64,000 nucleotides of DNA, from assembly GCA_025359245.1 (NCBI GenBank), contig JANYGW010000156.1, positions 8,081 through 72,080 of the forward strand. Reading direction: 5' to 3'. This document shows, in pieces, positions 8,448-20,984 of this stretch (its first letter is position 1; the number at the start of each line of letters is the position of its first letter). Below the pieces are notes generated by a model. The model was given only the letters and a program-made list of their open reading frames with translations, did not search any database and had not been told where the DNA came from. The position numbers and the translations under genes are program-made. Origin of the DNA: Massilia sp. GTDB taxonomy: Bacteria; Pseudomonadota; Gammaproteobacteria; Burkholderiales; Burkholderiaceae_D.

Positions 8448-10127
8448 ATGAGACGCTGGGTCGATCTTTCGCGCGAATCGCGCGACACCTATTGGCGTTC
8501 GCTGTATGCGATGAATGCCACCCGGGTGGTGATCGCGCTGGTGCTGCTGCTGTACCTGACCTTCGACCGGCCCGGCCAGGGCAGCGGCTACCGGCTGTAC
8601 GCCGAAACCTGCATCGCCTACCTGGTGGCGGCGGTCGCTTTTGGCGCGCTGGCCTATTATGTGCGGCGCCGCTTCCTGCTCCAGGTCGTGATCCAGGTGC
8701 TGACCGACATCGCCGTCGTTTCGCTGCTGTACCTGGCCGCCGGCGGCTCGCGCAACGAGCTGGTGATCCTGTACCTGTTCCCGCTGGCCGGCGCGGCGAT
8801 CCTGACGCCGCTGGTCATGGCCCTGTTTTCGGCCTCGCTGGTGACGCTGTTCCTGCTTGGCCAGACCATTTATCGGGTCGTCATGGACGGGCGCGAGACG
8901 CCGGTGATGCAGGCCGGCCTGTATGGCGTGGCGTTTTTCGCCATCGTGATCGTGGTCAACCGGCTGGCCGCCAGGCTGATCGGCCAGGAGGAGCTGGCCT
9001 CGCGCCAGGGCCTGGCGCTGCAGATCCAGCAATCGATCAACCAGATCGTCATCGCCGACGTCGAGGATGGCATCCTCGTGGTCGGGCGCGACGGGCGCGT
9101 GTTCGCCGCCAATCCGGCGGCCCTGTTCATGCTCGGCCTGTCGACCCAGGACGGCGAATTCACGCTGGCCGAAATGGCAGCGCTGGAACCGGTCGCGCAT
9201 GCGTTTTCGTCGTGGCTGCACGAACGCGGCGCCGATGCGGGACGCGCCGCCTTCGTCACCGTCCGGCCGTATCACGACATCGCCGGCGAAGTGCGGATCG
9301 CCGCCTGGAGCGGGCGGCGCGACCTGGCCGCGCACCTGAAACTGCGCTTCGCGCGGGTCGACACCCCCGACGAGGCGGCCGAACGCTGCGTCATCTTCAT
9401 GCAGGACGTGACGGCCATCGAAAACCAGGCCCAGGAACTCAAGCTCGCGTCGATGGGGCGGCTCACCGCCAGCATCGCCCACGAGGTGCGCAACCCGCTG
9501 TCGGCGATCGGCCACGCCACCGCGCTGCTGGCCGAGGACCTGCATTCGGCCACCCACGCGCGCCTGCTCAAGATCGTCGCCGACAATGTCAGCCGCGTCA
9601 ACCGCATGGTCGAAGACATCCTGCAGCTGTCGCGCAAGGTCCAGCCCAACAGCGAGCCTTTGCAACTGGCCCGCTTTCTCGCCGAGCTGAAGGCCGAATT
9701 TCAGGAAACCCACGGCCTGCGGGATGATATAGTGTGCCTGGGCAATACCGAAGCGGCGCCGGTCCGTTTCGACGGGCTGCACCTGCGCGAGGTCGTGGTC
9801 AACCTGCTCACCAATGCGGTGCGCTACGCCAGCGGATCCGTGTGCAGCATCCGCATCGATGTGGTGACCGACGCGCTGGGGCGCATGGAGCTGCACGTGC
9901 AGGACGACGGTCCGGGCATTACCCCGGAAGTGCGGTCGCACCTGTTCGAGCCGTTTTACACGACGTCGAGCAAGGGGACCGGGCTGGGCCTGTACCTGGC
10001 GCGCGAACTGTGCCTGAACAACGATGCGACGCTCGATTACGAATACCGCTTCGATGCCAGCGTGGCCGGCGCCTACAAGGCCAGTGGCCGGTTCGTCATC
10101 ACCTTCGCGCAACCGCTGGCGCTCTGA
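8448..10127 (+). CDS. pilS: Sensor histidine kinase, PilS-like
   Basis: Multi-TM N-terminus; AHEVRNPL H-box; NLLTNA, DDGPG and GTGLGL boxes; next to a PilR-like gene. Start moved to ATG 8448. Confidence 0.8.
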   Translation: MRRWVDLSRESRDTYWRSLYAMNATRVVIALVLLLYLTFDRPGQGSGYRLYAETCIAYLVAAVAFGALAYYVRRRFLLQVVIQVLTDIAVVSLLYLAAGGSRNELVILYLFPLAGAAILTPLVMALFSASLVTLFLLGQTIYRVVMDGRETPVMQAGLYGVAFFAIVIVVNRLAARLIGQEELASRQGLALQIQQSINQIVIADVEDGILVVGRDGRVFAANPAALFMLGLSTQDGEFTLAEMAALEPVAHAFSSWLHERGADAGRAAFVTVRPYHDIAGEVRIAAWSGRRDLAAHLKLRFARVDTPDEAAERCVIFMQDVTAIENQAQELKLASMGRLTASIAHEVRNPLSAIGHATALLAEDLHSATHARLLKIVADNVSRVNRMVEDILQLSRKVQPNSEPLQLARFLAELKAEFQETHGLRDDIVCLGNTEAAPVRFDGLHLREVVVNLLTNAVRYASGSVCSIRIDVVTDALGRMELHVQDDGPGITPEVRSHLFEPFYTTSSKGTGLGLYLARELCLNNDATLDYEYRFDASVAGAYKASGRFVITFAQPLAL

Positions 10128-10156
10128 CGCAGGCACAAAAACAGAAAGGCGGTTGT

Positions 10157-11554
10157 ATGGCATCACCCCGTATCCTGGTCGTCGACGATGAAGCGGACCT
10201 GCGCGAGCTGCTCGAGATCACGCTCGTGCGCATGGGCCTGGACGTCGACAGCGCCGCCACGCTGGCCCAGGCGCGCGCCTTCCTGGCGCAGGCCGAGTAC
10301 GCGCTGGTGCTGACCGACATGCGCCTGCCCGACGGCCTCGGCCTGGAGCTGGTGCGTGAAGTGGCCGCCGCCGGCAAGAACACGCCGATCGCCGTCGTCA
10401 CCGCCTACGGCAGCGCCGACAATGCGGTCGTCGCGCTCAAGGCCGGCGCCTTCGATTACGTGTCCAAGCCGGTGGTGCTCGACGAATTGCGCATCATGGT
10501 GCAGTCGGCGCTGCGCCTGTCGATGCCGGCCCAGGAACAGGGCGGCGCGCCGGGCCCGGAACGGCGCCTGATCGGCGACTCGGCCATGGTGCAGGCGCTG
10601 CGCGCGCAGATCGCGCGCCTGGCCCGCTCGATGGCGCCGATTGCCATCACGGGCGAATCGGGCAGCGGCAAGGAACTGGCGGCGCGCGAAATCCACGCCC
10701 AGAGTTCGCGCGCCAGCAAGCCGTTCATCGCGGTCAACTGCGGTGCGATCCCCGAAGCGTTGATGGAGGCGGAATTTTTTGGCTACCGCAAAGGCGCGTT
10801 CACCGGCGCGGCGGACGACCGCGACGGCTTCTTCCAGGCCGCCAACGGCGGCACCCTGATGCTCGACGAGGTGGCCGACCTGCCGCTGGCGATGCAAGTC
10901 AAGCTGCTGCGCGCGATCCAGGAACGGCGCGTGCGCAAGATCGGCGCCACCGCCGAGGAACCGGTCGATGTGCGCCTGATCAGCGCGACCCACCAGAATC
11001 TCGAGCAGTGCGTCGAGGCGGGCAGGTTTCGGCAGGACTTGTTCTACCGGCTCAATGTGATCGAGCTGAGCGTGCCGCCGCTGCGCGACCGGGTCGACGA
11101 CCTCGGCGCGCTGACCGGCGCCATCCTGGCGCGCCTGGCCGGTTCGGGCCAGCGCGCCTCGCTGGGGCCGGGCGTGCTGGCCACCTTGCACGCCTACGCG
11201 TTTCCCGGCAATGTGCGCGAACTGGAAAACATCCTCGAGCGGGCGCTGGCGTTTGCCAACGACGGCATGATCGAAGTGGGCGACCTGTCGCTCAAGGGCG
11301 CGCGCGTGAGCGAACCGGTGGCGATGGCGCCGGTCGCCGCGGCCGTGGCCATGGCGGAGCCGGCGGCGGCCGGTGCCGTGCCCCTGCCCAACAGCCTGCC
11401 CGATTACCTCGAGCAGGTCGAGCGCGACATCATCCTGCGCGCGCTGGCGCAGACCAATTTCAACCGCACCCAGGCCGCGCAGCTGCTGGGCATCAGCTTT
11501 CGCCAGTTGCGCTACCAGATGCAAAAGCTCGACATCCACGAACCCGAAACCTGA
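10157..11554 (+). CDS. pilR: Sigma54-dependent response regulator, PilR-like
   Basis: Receiver domain, GESGSGKE, GAFTGA and C-terminal Fis HTH (NRTQAAQLLGISFRQLRY). Confidence 0.85.
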   Translation: MASPRILVVDDEADLRELLEITLVRMGLDVDSAATLAQARAFLAQAEYALVLTDMRLPDGLGLELVREVAAAGKNTPIAVVTAYGSADNAVVALKAGAFDYVSKPVVLDELRIMVQSALRLSMPAQEQGGAPGPERRLIGDSAMVQALRAQIARLARSMAPIAITGESGSGKELAAREIHAQSSRASKPFIAVNCGAIPEALMEAEFFGYRKGAFTGAADDRDGFFQAANGGTLMLDEVADLPLAMQVKLLRAIQERRVRKIGATAEEPVDVRLISATHQNLEQCVEAGRFRQDLFYRLNVIELSVPPLRDRVDDLGALTGAILARLAGSGQRASLGPGVLATLHAYAFPGNVRELENILERALAFANDGMIEVGDLSLKGARVSEPVAMAPVAAAVAMAEPAAAGAVPLPNSLPDYLEQVERDIILRALAQTNFNRTQAAQLLGISFRQLRYQMQKLDIHEPET

Positions 11555-11721
11555 GTCGGAAAGTGCGCGGCAGCGTCCATCCCGGCGTGCCGTGTTAGTG
11601 CTCGCTAACCGCGCACAGCGCCTTGTGCCCTGACTCCAGAAAGTCAAGGCTGAGGACGCTAAAAAATATCAAAAAAATTAGGTTATTCGTTCCAGTTAGC
11701 TATTGCGTGCATATCGGCTAG

Positions 11722-11768
11722 CCACTACAATTAGTTCTCACAATTGATTAACGCACTAGATGTAGTGG
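11722..11768 (+). promoter_or_regulatory. Tandem NrdR boxes upstream of nrdA
   Basis: CCACTACAATTAGTTC (11722-11737) and GCACTAGATGTAGTGG (11753-11768) resemble the acaCwAtATaTwGtgt consensus, start 31 bp apart and precede the RNR genes. Confidence 0.8.
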
Positions 11769-11993
11769 TGCCAAGAGAACTTCATCCAATATGCATGACA
11801 CCGCTTACTTTGAAGAAATTGCCCAAAAGATAGCGGTTTTTACCCCACAATGACGACATAATCCCGCCAGATTCGCTTGGCGGGATGGTCTGCTTTTGGG
11901 CGTTTTAGCTGGTAGAACGGGCGGCCCGAACCGGGCAGTCCACTTAATATAACAATCGGCGCAGCACGACTGCCAGCCGTTCCAGGAGGTCCC

Positions 11994-14936
<2,943 letters not shown>

Positions 14937-15010
14937 CACGCTCGCCGTGGCCGGAAGGCCACGGTGTCGCCGCAACGATTGAATTGAATACGAACTAAAG
15001 GAATACCACT

Positions 15011-16123
15011 ATGTTGTCCTGGGATGAAGAAGCCAGCGCGCCAGCCGCGCGCCCACCGGTGCCGATGGGCGCCACCGAAGCCGCAGCGCCGGCCGAAGCG
15101 ATCGCCAAGCGCGTGCACGCCGACGACAAGCGCATCATCAACGGCAAGACCGACGTCAACCAGCTGGTGCCGTTCAAGTACAAATGGGCCTGGGACAAAT
15201 ACCTGGCCGGCTGCGCCAACCACTGGATGCCGCAGGAAGTGAACATGCAGCGCGATATCGAGCTGTGGAAGAACCCGAACGGCCTGACCGACGACGAGCG
15301 TCGCCTGGTCAAGCGCAACCTGGGCTTTTTCGTCACCGCCGATTCGCTGGCCGCCAACAACATCGTGCTGGGCACCTACCGCCACATCACGGCGCCCGAG
15401 TGCCGCCAGTACCTGCTGCGCCAGGCGTTTGAAGAAGCGATCCACACCCACGCCTATCAGTACATCGTCGAGTCGCTGGGCCTGGATGAAGCCGAGATCT
15501 TCAACGCCTACAATGAAGTCAAGTCGATCCGCGACAAGGACGAGTTCCTGATCCCGTTCATCAATACCCTGACCGATCCGGCCTTCACCACCGGCACCAC
15601 CGAAAACGACCAGAAGCTGCTCAAGTCGCTGATCGTATTCGCCTGCCTGATGGAAGGCCTGTTCTTCTACGTCGGCTTCACCCAGATCCTGGCGCTGGGC
15701 CGCCAGAACAAGATGATGGGCGCGGCCGAGCAGTACCAGTACATCCTGCGCGACGAGTCGATGCATTGCAATTTCGGCATCGACCTGATCAACACGATCA
15801 AGATGGAAAACCCGCTGCTGTGGACGCCGGCCTTCCGCGAAGAGATCAAGGCGCTGTTCCTCGAAGCGGTCGACCTCGAGTATGCGTACGCCGAAGACAC
15901 CATGCCGCGCGGCGTGCTGGGCCTGAACGCGACCATGTTCAAGGGTTATTTGCGCTTCATCGCGAACCGCCGCGCGCAGCAGATCGGCCTCGAGACCTTG
16001 TTCGCCCAGGAAGAAAACCCGTTCCCGTGGATGAGCGAGATGATCGACCTGAAGAAAGAGCGCAACTTCTTCGAGACCCGCGTGACCGAATACCAGACCG
16101 GCGGCGCGCTGAACTGGGAATAA
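15011..16123 (+). CDS. nrdB: Ribonucleotide reductase class Ia beta subunit
   Basis: [38 protein letters not shown]. Confidence 0.97.
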   Translation: MLSWDEEASAPAARPPVPMGATEAAAPAEAIAKRVHADDKRIINGKTDVNQLVPFKYKWAWDKYLAGCANHWMPQEVNMQRDIELWKNPNGLTDDERRLVKRNLGFFVTADSLAANNIVLGTYRHITAPECRQYLLRQAFEEAIHTHAYQYIVESLGLDEAEIFNAYNEVKSIRDKDEFLIPFINTLTDPAFTTGTTENDQKLLKSLIVFACLMEGLFFYVGFTQILALGRQNKMMGAAEQYQYILRDESMHCNFGIDLINTIKMENPLLWTPAFREEIKALFLEAVDLEYAYAEDTMPRGVLGLNATMFKGYLRFIANRRAQQIGLETLFAQEENPFPWMSEMIDLKKERNFFETRVTEYQTGGALNWE

Positions 16124-16146
16124 GCACGGCGTCACACGACGCACGC

Positions 16147-16187
16147 AAAAAAGCCGCCGGCGAGGTCAGCTCGCCGGCGGCTTTTTT
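16147..16187. terminator. Bidirectional intrinsic terminator after nrdB
   Basis: AAAAAAGCCGCCGGCGAG-loop-CTCGCCGGCGGCTTTTTT. Confidence 0.85.
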
Positions 16188-16684
16188 GTGCCTGTTGACC
16201 GTCTGCGGTAGATCAGCAGGGCCCACACGCAAATGAGTAGCTCGACCGCGAACGACCAGTGAAAGATGAAGTTCAGCCACCACGGCTTGAACCGCGCCGG
16301 CACGGTGAAAAAGGCGTACGGCTGGTCGACGAAGGGCGCGAACCACCAGACGTCGCCGACAAAGCTGTCGAGCACCACATGCAGCACGGCGCCGAGGCAG
16401 AAGACCAGGAACAACAAGGCCGTTGTCGAGCGGGTGGCAAGGCTGCGCCATACGATGGCGACGGCGAGCAAGGCGATCCAGGCGAGCGGCCAATGGCTGA
16501 TGTATTTGTGATGAAGGGTCTGGCGATGATCGACCAGATAGAAATACAGCAGGTCCAAGTCCGGCGCCAGCGCGCCGAGCATCCCCGCAAGGACAACGGC
16601 AAAGGCGGTTGCCGGCGCGGTGCGGATCCGTTCGAGCACGGTGACGGACAGGATGTATCCCGAGGGGAGGTGGGCGATAAACAT
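16166..16684 (-). CDS. Membrane-bound metal-dependent hydrolase (YdjM-like)
   Basis: MFIAHLP, APDLD, HHKYISH and LHVVLD motifs with TM helices. Confidence 0.8.
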   Translation of the reverse strand: MFIAHLPSGYILSVTVLERIRTAPATAFAVVLAGMLGALAPDLDLLYFYLVDHRQTLHHKYISHWPLAWIALLAVAIVWRSLATRSTTALLFLVFCLGAVLHVVLDSFVGDVWWFAPFVDQPYAFFTVPARFKPWWLNFIFHWSFAVELLICVWALLIYRRRSTGTKKPPAS

Positions 16685-16741
16685 GGTGCGATCATAGCCG
16701 AGGACCGCCGTCCCAGTGATGATGTCATTTTCCGTCGCACG

Positions 16742-16783
16742 AACCCACGTCGTCCTCGCGAAAGCGGCGGTACGACGTGGGTT
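16742..16783. repeat. REP-like element family A, shortened copy
   Basis: AACCCACGTCGT...ACGACGTGGGTT hairpin containing ACGTCGTCCTCGCGAAAGCGG, shared with the 30708-30781 element. Confidence 0.7.
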
Positions 16784-16832
16784 TAGTGTGTCAGGGACGG
16801 CCAGGGCGCGACTTCTGCCCTGGCCGTGGTTC

Positions 16833-18569
16833 CTACTTGCGCTCGATGCGGTACGGCGTCACGCGGCTATAGCTGCTCACCCGGATCACCCGCAGGTACA
16901 CCGTGCGCGCCGTGCTGCCGTTGGTATAGCTGATGTTCTCCGTGGTGCCGGGGGCGGTCGACGACGCCAGCACCGCGCCGGTACTGGTCTCGAGCGACAA
17001 ATCGTAGTTCTGGCTCGACGCGGTCGGCCCGGTCATGGCCAAAACCAGCTTGGCGTTGGCCGCCAGCGGGAAGGCATACCAGTCTTCATTGTCGGACGCG
17101 GAAGGGAAATAGCCGACCATGGTGGTGGTCCCGGCCGGCCACGCGGTGGCGGTGGCGCGGCTGTCGTTCGGTTCCTGCTCGGTTTGTTCCACAATGACCG
17201 GGGTGACGGTAAAGCTGGCCGCCGCCGACAGGCCGCTCTTGCCGGACGCATCCCACACCTTGACCTGGGCGCTATGCTGGCCGGCGCCGAGGCGGCTGGC
17301 GTCGTACGCCTGGTTCAGCACACCGCTCTTGACCGGCATGGTCGGCGCCTGGCTGGCCACGACCACGCCGTCGATCAGGAAGTCGGCACGTGTTACGCCG
17401 ACGTCGTCGCCGACCTGGGCCACCAGCGCCATGCCCGCGCCGCTGCCGCTGATGCTGGCCGAGGCGGTCGGGGTGGCCAGGTCCTGGACCGGCGGCACGC
17501 CGCCGCCGTCGACCAGCAGGGTGAATGGCAGGCCCGCCTTGCCCGCTTCGCTGACCACCTGCGGCTGGGTCATCGTATCGAGGCCGCCCGCGTCGCCGCT
17601 GACCGTGTAGCGCAGGCCGTCGGTGCTGATCAGGATGTGGCCGATCACGAAGCCGCCGTTGAACATGCGGCTGTCGCTGAGCAGGCCTTCATCGGTCTGC
17701 AAGACCTTGACCTTTTTGTCGAGCAGCGGCTGGATCGCTTCGGCGTTCGGCAAGCCGTGCGGCTGGTTCGGGCCCACCGACACCAGCGCCACTTCGGCCC
17801 CGGTCAGGTCCAGATAGGTCGGGTTCGAGCTGGTGCGCGAGCCGTGGTGGCCCAGGTGCAGCACGTCGATGCCCTTGGGCGGAACGTGCAGCTCCGGCTC
17901 GCTGGCCAGCAGCAGCGCGGTAATGACGGGCGTCTCGAAGTCGCTCTGGCCATTCTGGACGTTGCCGCCCATGTCGCCGCTGACCAGGTAGTCGAAGCCC
18001 TTGTACTTGATCAGCATGACGATCGAGGAGTCATTGATGGCGGTGCAGGGCGGCATCACGTAATCGGGCTGGGTCAGGCGCAGCTTGGCGATGACCTCGG
18101 CCTGGTGCACGATCCTGCAGTCGGCCGCCACGGCGGTCGCGGTGGCGCCGTCGCCCAGGTCGATCTTGTAGCCGAGCGGCATGGCGATCGGGGCGGGCAT
18201 GCTCACTTCCTTATATGAAGAGAACCAGTTCTGCATGAACGAGGTCGTCATGTTTTCCTGGGCGCCGCTGTAGAACGATTTTTTCGGCTTGAGCGCGCGC
18301 ACGACGAATTCGGCCGAGCCGCCGTGGTCGGCGTGGTTGTGGCTGACGATGAAATGGTCGAGCTGGCCGATGCCGCGGTTCTTCAGGTAATTGATGACGA
18401 CGTCTTTTTTGGTGGCCAGGCCGGCATCGATCAGCAGCGTGGTGCCGTTCGGGCCTTCGACCAGGACCGCCTGGCCCCAGCCGACGTTGATCGCATGGAT
18501 CTTCAGTTCGCCGGCGACGGCAGCGGACGTCAAGCCCGCAAAAAGGGTGGCAAGGGCAAGCAGGCGCAT
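16833..18569 (-). CDS. Secreted ComEC/Rec2-type metallo-beta-lactamase-fold hydrolase with Ig-like and PPC-like C-terminal domains
   Basis: ATG at 18569 with GGAGA SD; signal peptide; INVGWGQ, LIDAG, SHNHADH (HxHxDH), GDM, HHGS; Ig-like DDVGVTRADF..DG; EQEPND...DWYAF. Confidence 0.8.
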   Translation of the reverse strand: MRLLALATLFAGLTSAAVAGELKIHAINVGWGQAVLVEGPNGTTLLIDAGLATKKDVVINYLKNRGIGQLDHFIVSHNHADHGGSAEFVVRALKPKKSFYSGAQENMTTSFMQNWFSSYKEVSMPAPIAMPLGYKIDLGDGATATAVAADCRIVHQAEVIAKLRLTQPDYVMPPCTAINDSSIVMLIKYKGFDYLVSGDMGGNVQNGQSDFETPVITALLLASEPELHVPPKGIDVLHLGHHGSRTSSNPTYLDLTGAEVALVSVGPNQPHGLPNAEAIQPLLDKKVKVLQTDEGLLSDSRMFNGGFVIGHILISTDGLRYTVSGDAGGLDTMTQPQVVSEAGKAGLPFTLLVDGGGVPPVQDLATPTASASISGSGAGMALVAQVGDDVGVTRADFLIDGVVVASQAPTMPVKSGVLNQAYDASRLGAGQHSAQVKVWDASGKSGLSAAASFTVTPVIVEQTEQEPNDSRATATAWPAGTTTMVGYFPSASDNEDWYAFPLAANAKLVLAMTGPTASSQNYDLSLETSTGAVLASSTAPGTTENISYTNGSTARTVYLRVIRVSSYSRVTPYRIERK

Positions 18570-18851
18570 GTGTTTTCTCCGTAACGGACCTGCCTCTGCG
18601 GGCTGATGTCCGGCTGACTTCATGAATGGATGGGACTCACTGGAATGAGGTGGCCCATGCTGCGCGGAATGCGACGAGCTTGCTTGAAGCTGGCGGAGGA
18701 ATTGCCTGAAGAATGCTGAAGGTTTTCTGAAGGTCCATGAATTCAATGACTTAGCATGGCGGCGCACAGGCGGCTGTGGCGTATGTACGGCATTCTTGCA
18801 GGGCTGATCGGTTCGGTTTAGAATCGCGCACCAGCTGTTTTCGGACGCACC

Positions 18852-20897
18852 ATGCCCGCACCATTTCCCGAGTCGTCCACACTGCCTCGCCGGTTTCGAC
18901 TCGGCGAATGGGTCGTCGACAGCGATGCCGGTGAACTGGTCGGGGTCGCCGGGCGGGTTGCGCTGAACGGTTTGTCGATGGCCTTGCTGCTGGCGCTGGC
19001 GCGCCGGGCCGGCCAGCTGTGCGACACCGACACCCTGATCGCCGAGGTCTGGGAGCGCGGCGAAGTGAGCGACGCCACCTTGCAGCAGCGCGTCAAGCTG
19101 GTGCGCAAAGCCTTGAACGACGATAGCGATACCCCGCGCTTCATCGCCACCGTGCGCGGGCGCGGCTACCGCCTGCTGATGCAGCCGCAAGCGCTTGAGG
19201 ACGACCGGGCCGCGCCGCCGCCCGCGCCCGAGGCGCCGCCGCCGGCGCTGACAGCGGCGGCGCGCTGGCCGCGCATCCTTTTCGGCGCGCTGCTGGCGCT
19301 GGCCCTGGGCCTGGCGCTATGGACCGTGCTGCGTCCATCCCTGCCGGTTGCCGCCAAACCGCCCGCCAACCGGCTGGTGGTGCTGCCCCTGACCCAGACC
19401 ACCAGCGCCGGCGACGACGCCCAGCTGGCCGACGGCCTGACCGAGCAATTGATCTGGAGCCTGGCGCGCGTGCCGGGCCTGGTCGTGATCGGGCGCAGTT
19501 CGAGCATGAGCTATAAGGGCGTACGGCGCACGCCGGCGCAACTGGCGCCCGAACTGGTGCGCATGCTGGGCGTCGGCTCGCTGCTGCACGGCGACATACA
19601 GCGCGACGGCGACCGCCTGCGCGTCACGCTGACCCTGGTCGACACCGGCAGCCTGCGCGTACGCTGGAGCGAGCGATTCGATACCAGCGACGACAGCCTG
19701 ACCAACTTGCATGGACAGGTCGCGCAGCGGGTCGCGCAGGCACTCGGGGTGCCGCCCGACAAAGCGGTCCAGCCGGGCGGCGACGGCGATGCCTACACGC
19801 TGTACTTGCAGGGCCGCCAGCACTACCTGCGCTACAGCGCCAAGGACAATGCGGCCGCGATCGACCTGTTTCGCGTGAGCCTGGTGCGCTCGCCGGCCTA
19901 CGCGCCGGCGCTGGCCGGCCTGTCGGACGCGTATGCGCAGGCGGTGTACCAGTTCGGCGCGCCCAGCAACCAGCTCGACGACGCCTTGCGCTATGCCGAC
20001 GCCGCCGTCGCGCTGGCGCCGCAGCTGGCCGAGGCGCACAAGGCGCGCGGACTGGCGCTCGACCTGCTGGGGCGGCGGCGCGAGGCGGCCATCAGCTACC
20101 ACAATGCGAGCGCCCTGAACCCGAACTACAGCGATGCGCTGATCAACGAAGCGATCCTGCACTGGGAGGGCGGGCAGCTGGCCGACGCCTACCGGCTGGC
20201 GCTGCGCGCCACTGCGCTCGATCCGCTCGATCCGTATGCACACCTGATCACGGCCCAGGTCCTGACCAGCGGCGGCTTTGCGGCGGCCGGGCAAGCCATC
20301 CTCGACCGGGTCCAGCAGCACGCGCCCGACAACAGCATGGCGCAGACCATCGTCTGCGCGCACTGGCTCGAAATCGGCCAGGGCGAGCGCGCCGAACGCG
20401 AATGCCAGGCGCTGATCAAGCAGCATCCCGAGTACGAGGCTGGCTGGTCGCTCAGCGGCGATGTGGCCTTGATCAATGGACAGACTCAGCTGGCCGTGCA
20501 GCGCTTCGGCACGGCCGCCGGTCTCGGCGCGGGATCCGATGCGTTCTATGCGCGGCTGCGCCTGGCGATCACCGGCGGGCCGGCGCAGCAGGCCGCCGTG
20601 GCGCCCTTGCTCGAAGAGGTCAGGCACAAGATTGCGCAGCACGATGAAGATCCTGAACTGCAGCTGCACCTGGCGATGCTGCTGGCGGCAAGCGGACAGG
20701 TCGACGACGGCATGGCCGCGCTGGAGGCGGCGGTCAGTCATGGGCACAGCGACCGCCACTGGCTCGAAAGCGATCCGGTGCTGGCGCCGCTGCGCCGGCA
20801 CGCGCGCTACCCCGCGTTGCTGGCCAGGCTGGACGCGCACCTGCGCGTGGAGCACGACAAACTGCAGGTCCTGTTGAAAGTGCAGGGCCGTCCCTAA
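18852..20897 (+). CDS. CadC/ToxR-like membrane-anchored regulator (wHTH-TM-TolB-like-TPR)
   Basis: OmpR-type wHTH ending FIATVRGRGY; TM helix; LVVLP..LADGLTEQLI..VIGRSS; TPR repeats. Confidence 0.85.
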   Translation: MPAPFPESSTLPRRFRLGEWVVDSDAGELVGVAGRVALNGLSMALLLALARRAGQLCDTDTLIAEVWERGEVSDATLQQRVKLVRKALNDDSDTPRFIATVRGRGYRLLMQPQALEDDRAAPPPAPEAPPPALTAAARWPRILFGALLALALGLALWTVLRPSLPVAAKPPANRLVVLPLTQTTSAGDDAQLADGLTEQLIWSLARVPGLVVIGRSSSMSYKGVRRTPAQLAPELVRMLGVGSLLHGDIQRDGDRLRVTLTLVDTGSLRVRWSERFDTSDDSLTNLHGQVAQRVAQALGVPPDKAVQPGGDGDAYTLYLQGRQHYLRYSAKDNAAAIDLFRVSLVRSPAYAPALAGLSDAYAQAVYQFGAPSNQLDDALRYADAAVALAPQLAEAHKARGLALDLLGRRREAAISYHNASALNPNYSDALINEAILHWEGGQLADAYRLALRATALDPLDPYAHLITAQVLTSGGFAAAGQAILDRVQQHAPDNSMAQTIVCAHWLEIGQGERAERECQALIKQHPEYEAGWSLSGDVALINGQTQLAVQRFGTAAGLGAGSDAFYARLRLAITGGPAQQAAVAPLLEEVRHKIAQHDEDPELQLHLAMLLAASGQVDDGMAALEAAVSHGHSDRHWLESDPVLAPLRRHARYPALLARLDAHLRVEHDKLQVLLKVQGRP

Positions 20898-20936
20898 GCG
20901 GACCTCGGGCGCGCGCCGCATGCGCATCGGCGACAC

Positions 20937-20984
20937 AAAAAAAAGCCGCGCGCGCGATCGTTTCGCCGCCGGCTTTTTCTTTTT
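20937..20984. terminator. Terminator-like hairpin after the TPR regulator
   Basis: A8-GCCG...CGGC-TTTTTCTTTTT. Confidence 0.6.

Noticed and set aside
18570-19190. 207-aa N-terminal extension of the MBL hydrolase ORF
   Set aside because: It overlaps the divergent regulator; the SD and signal peptide place the start at 18569.
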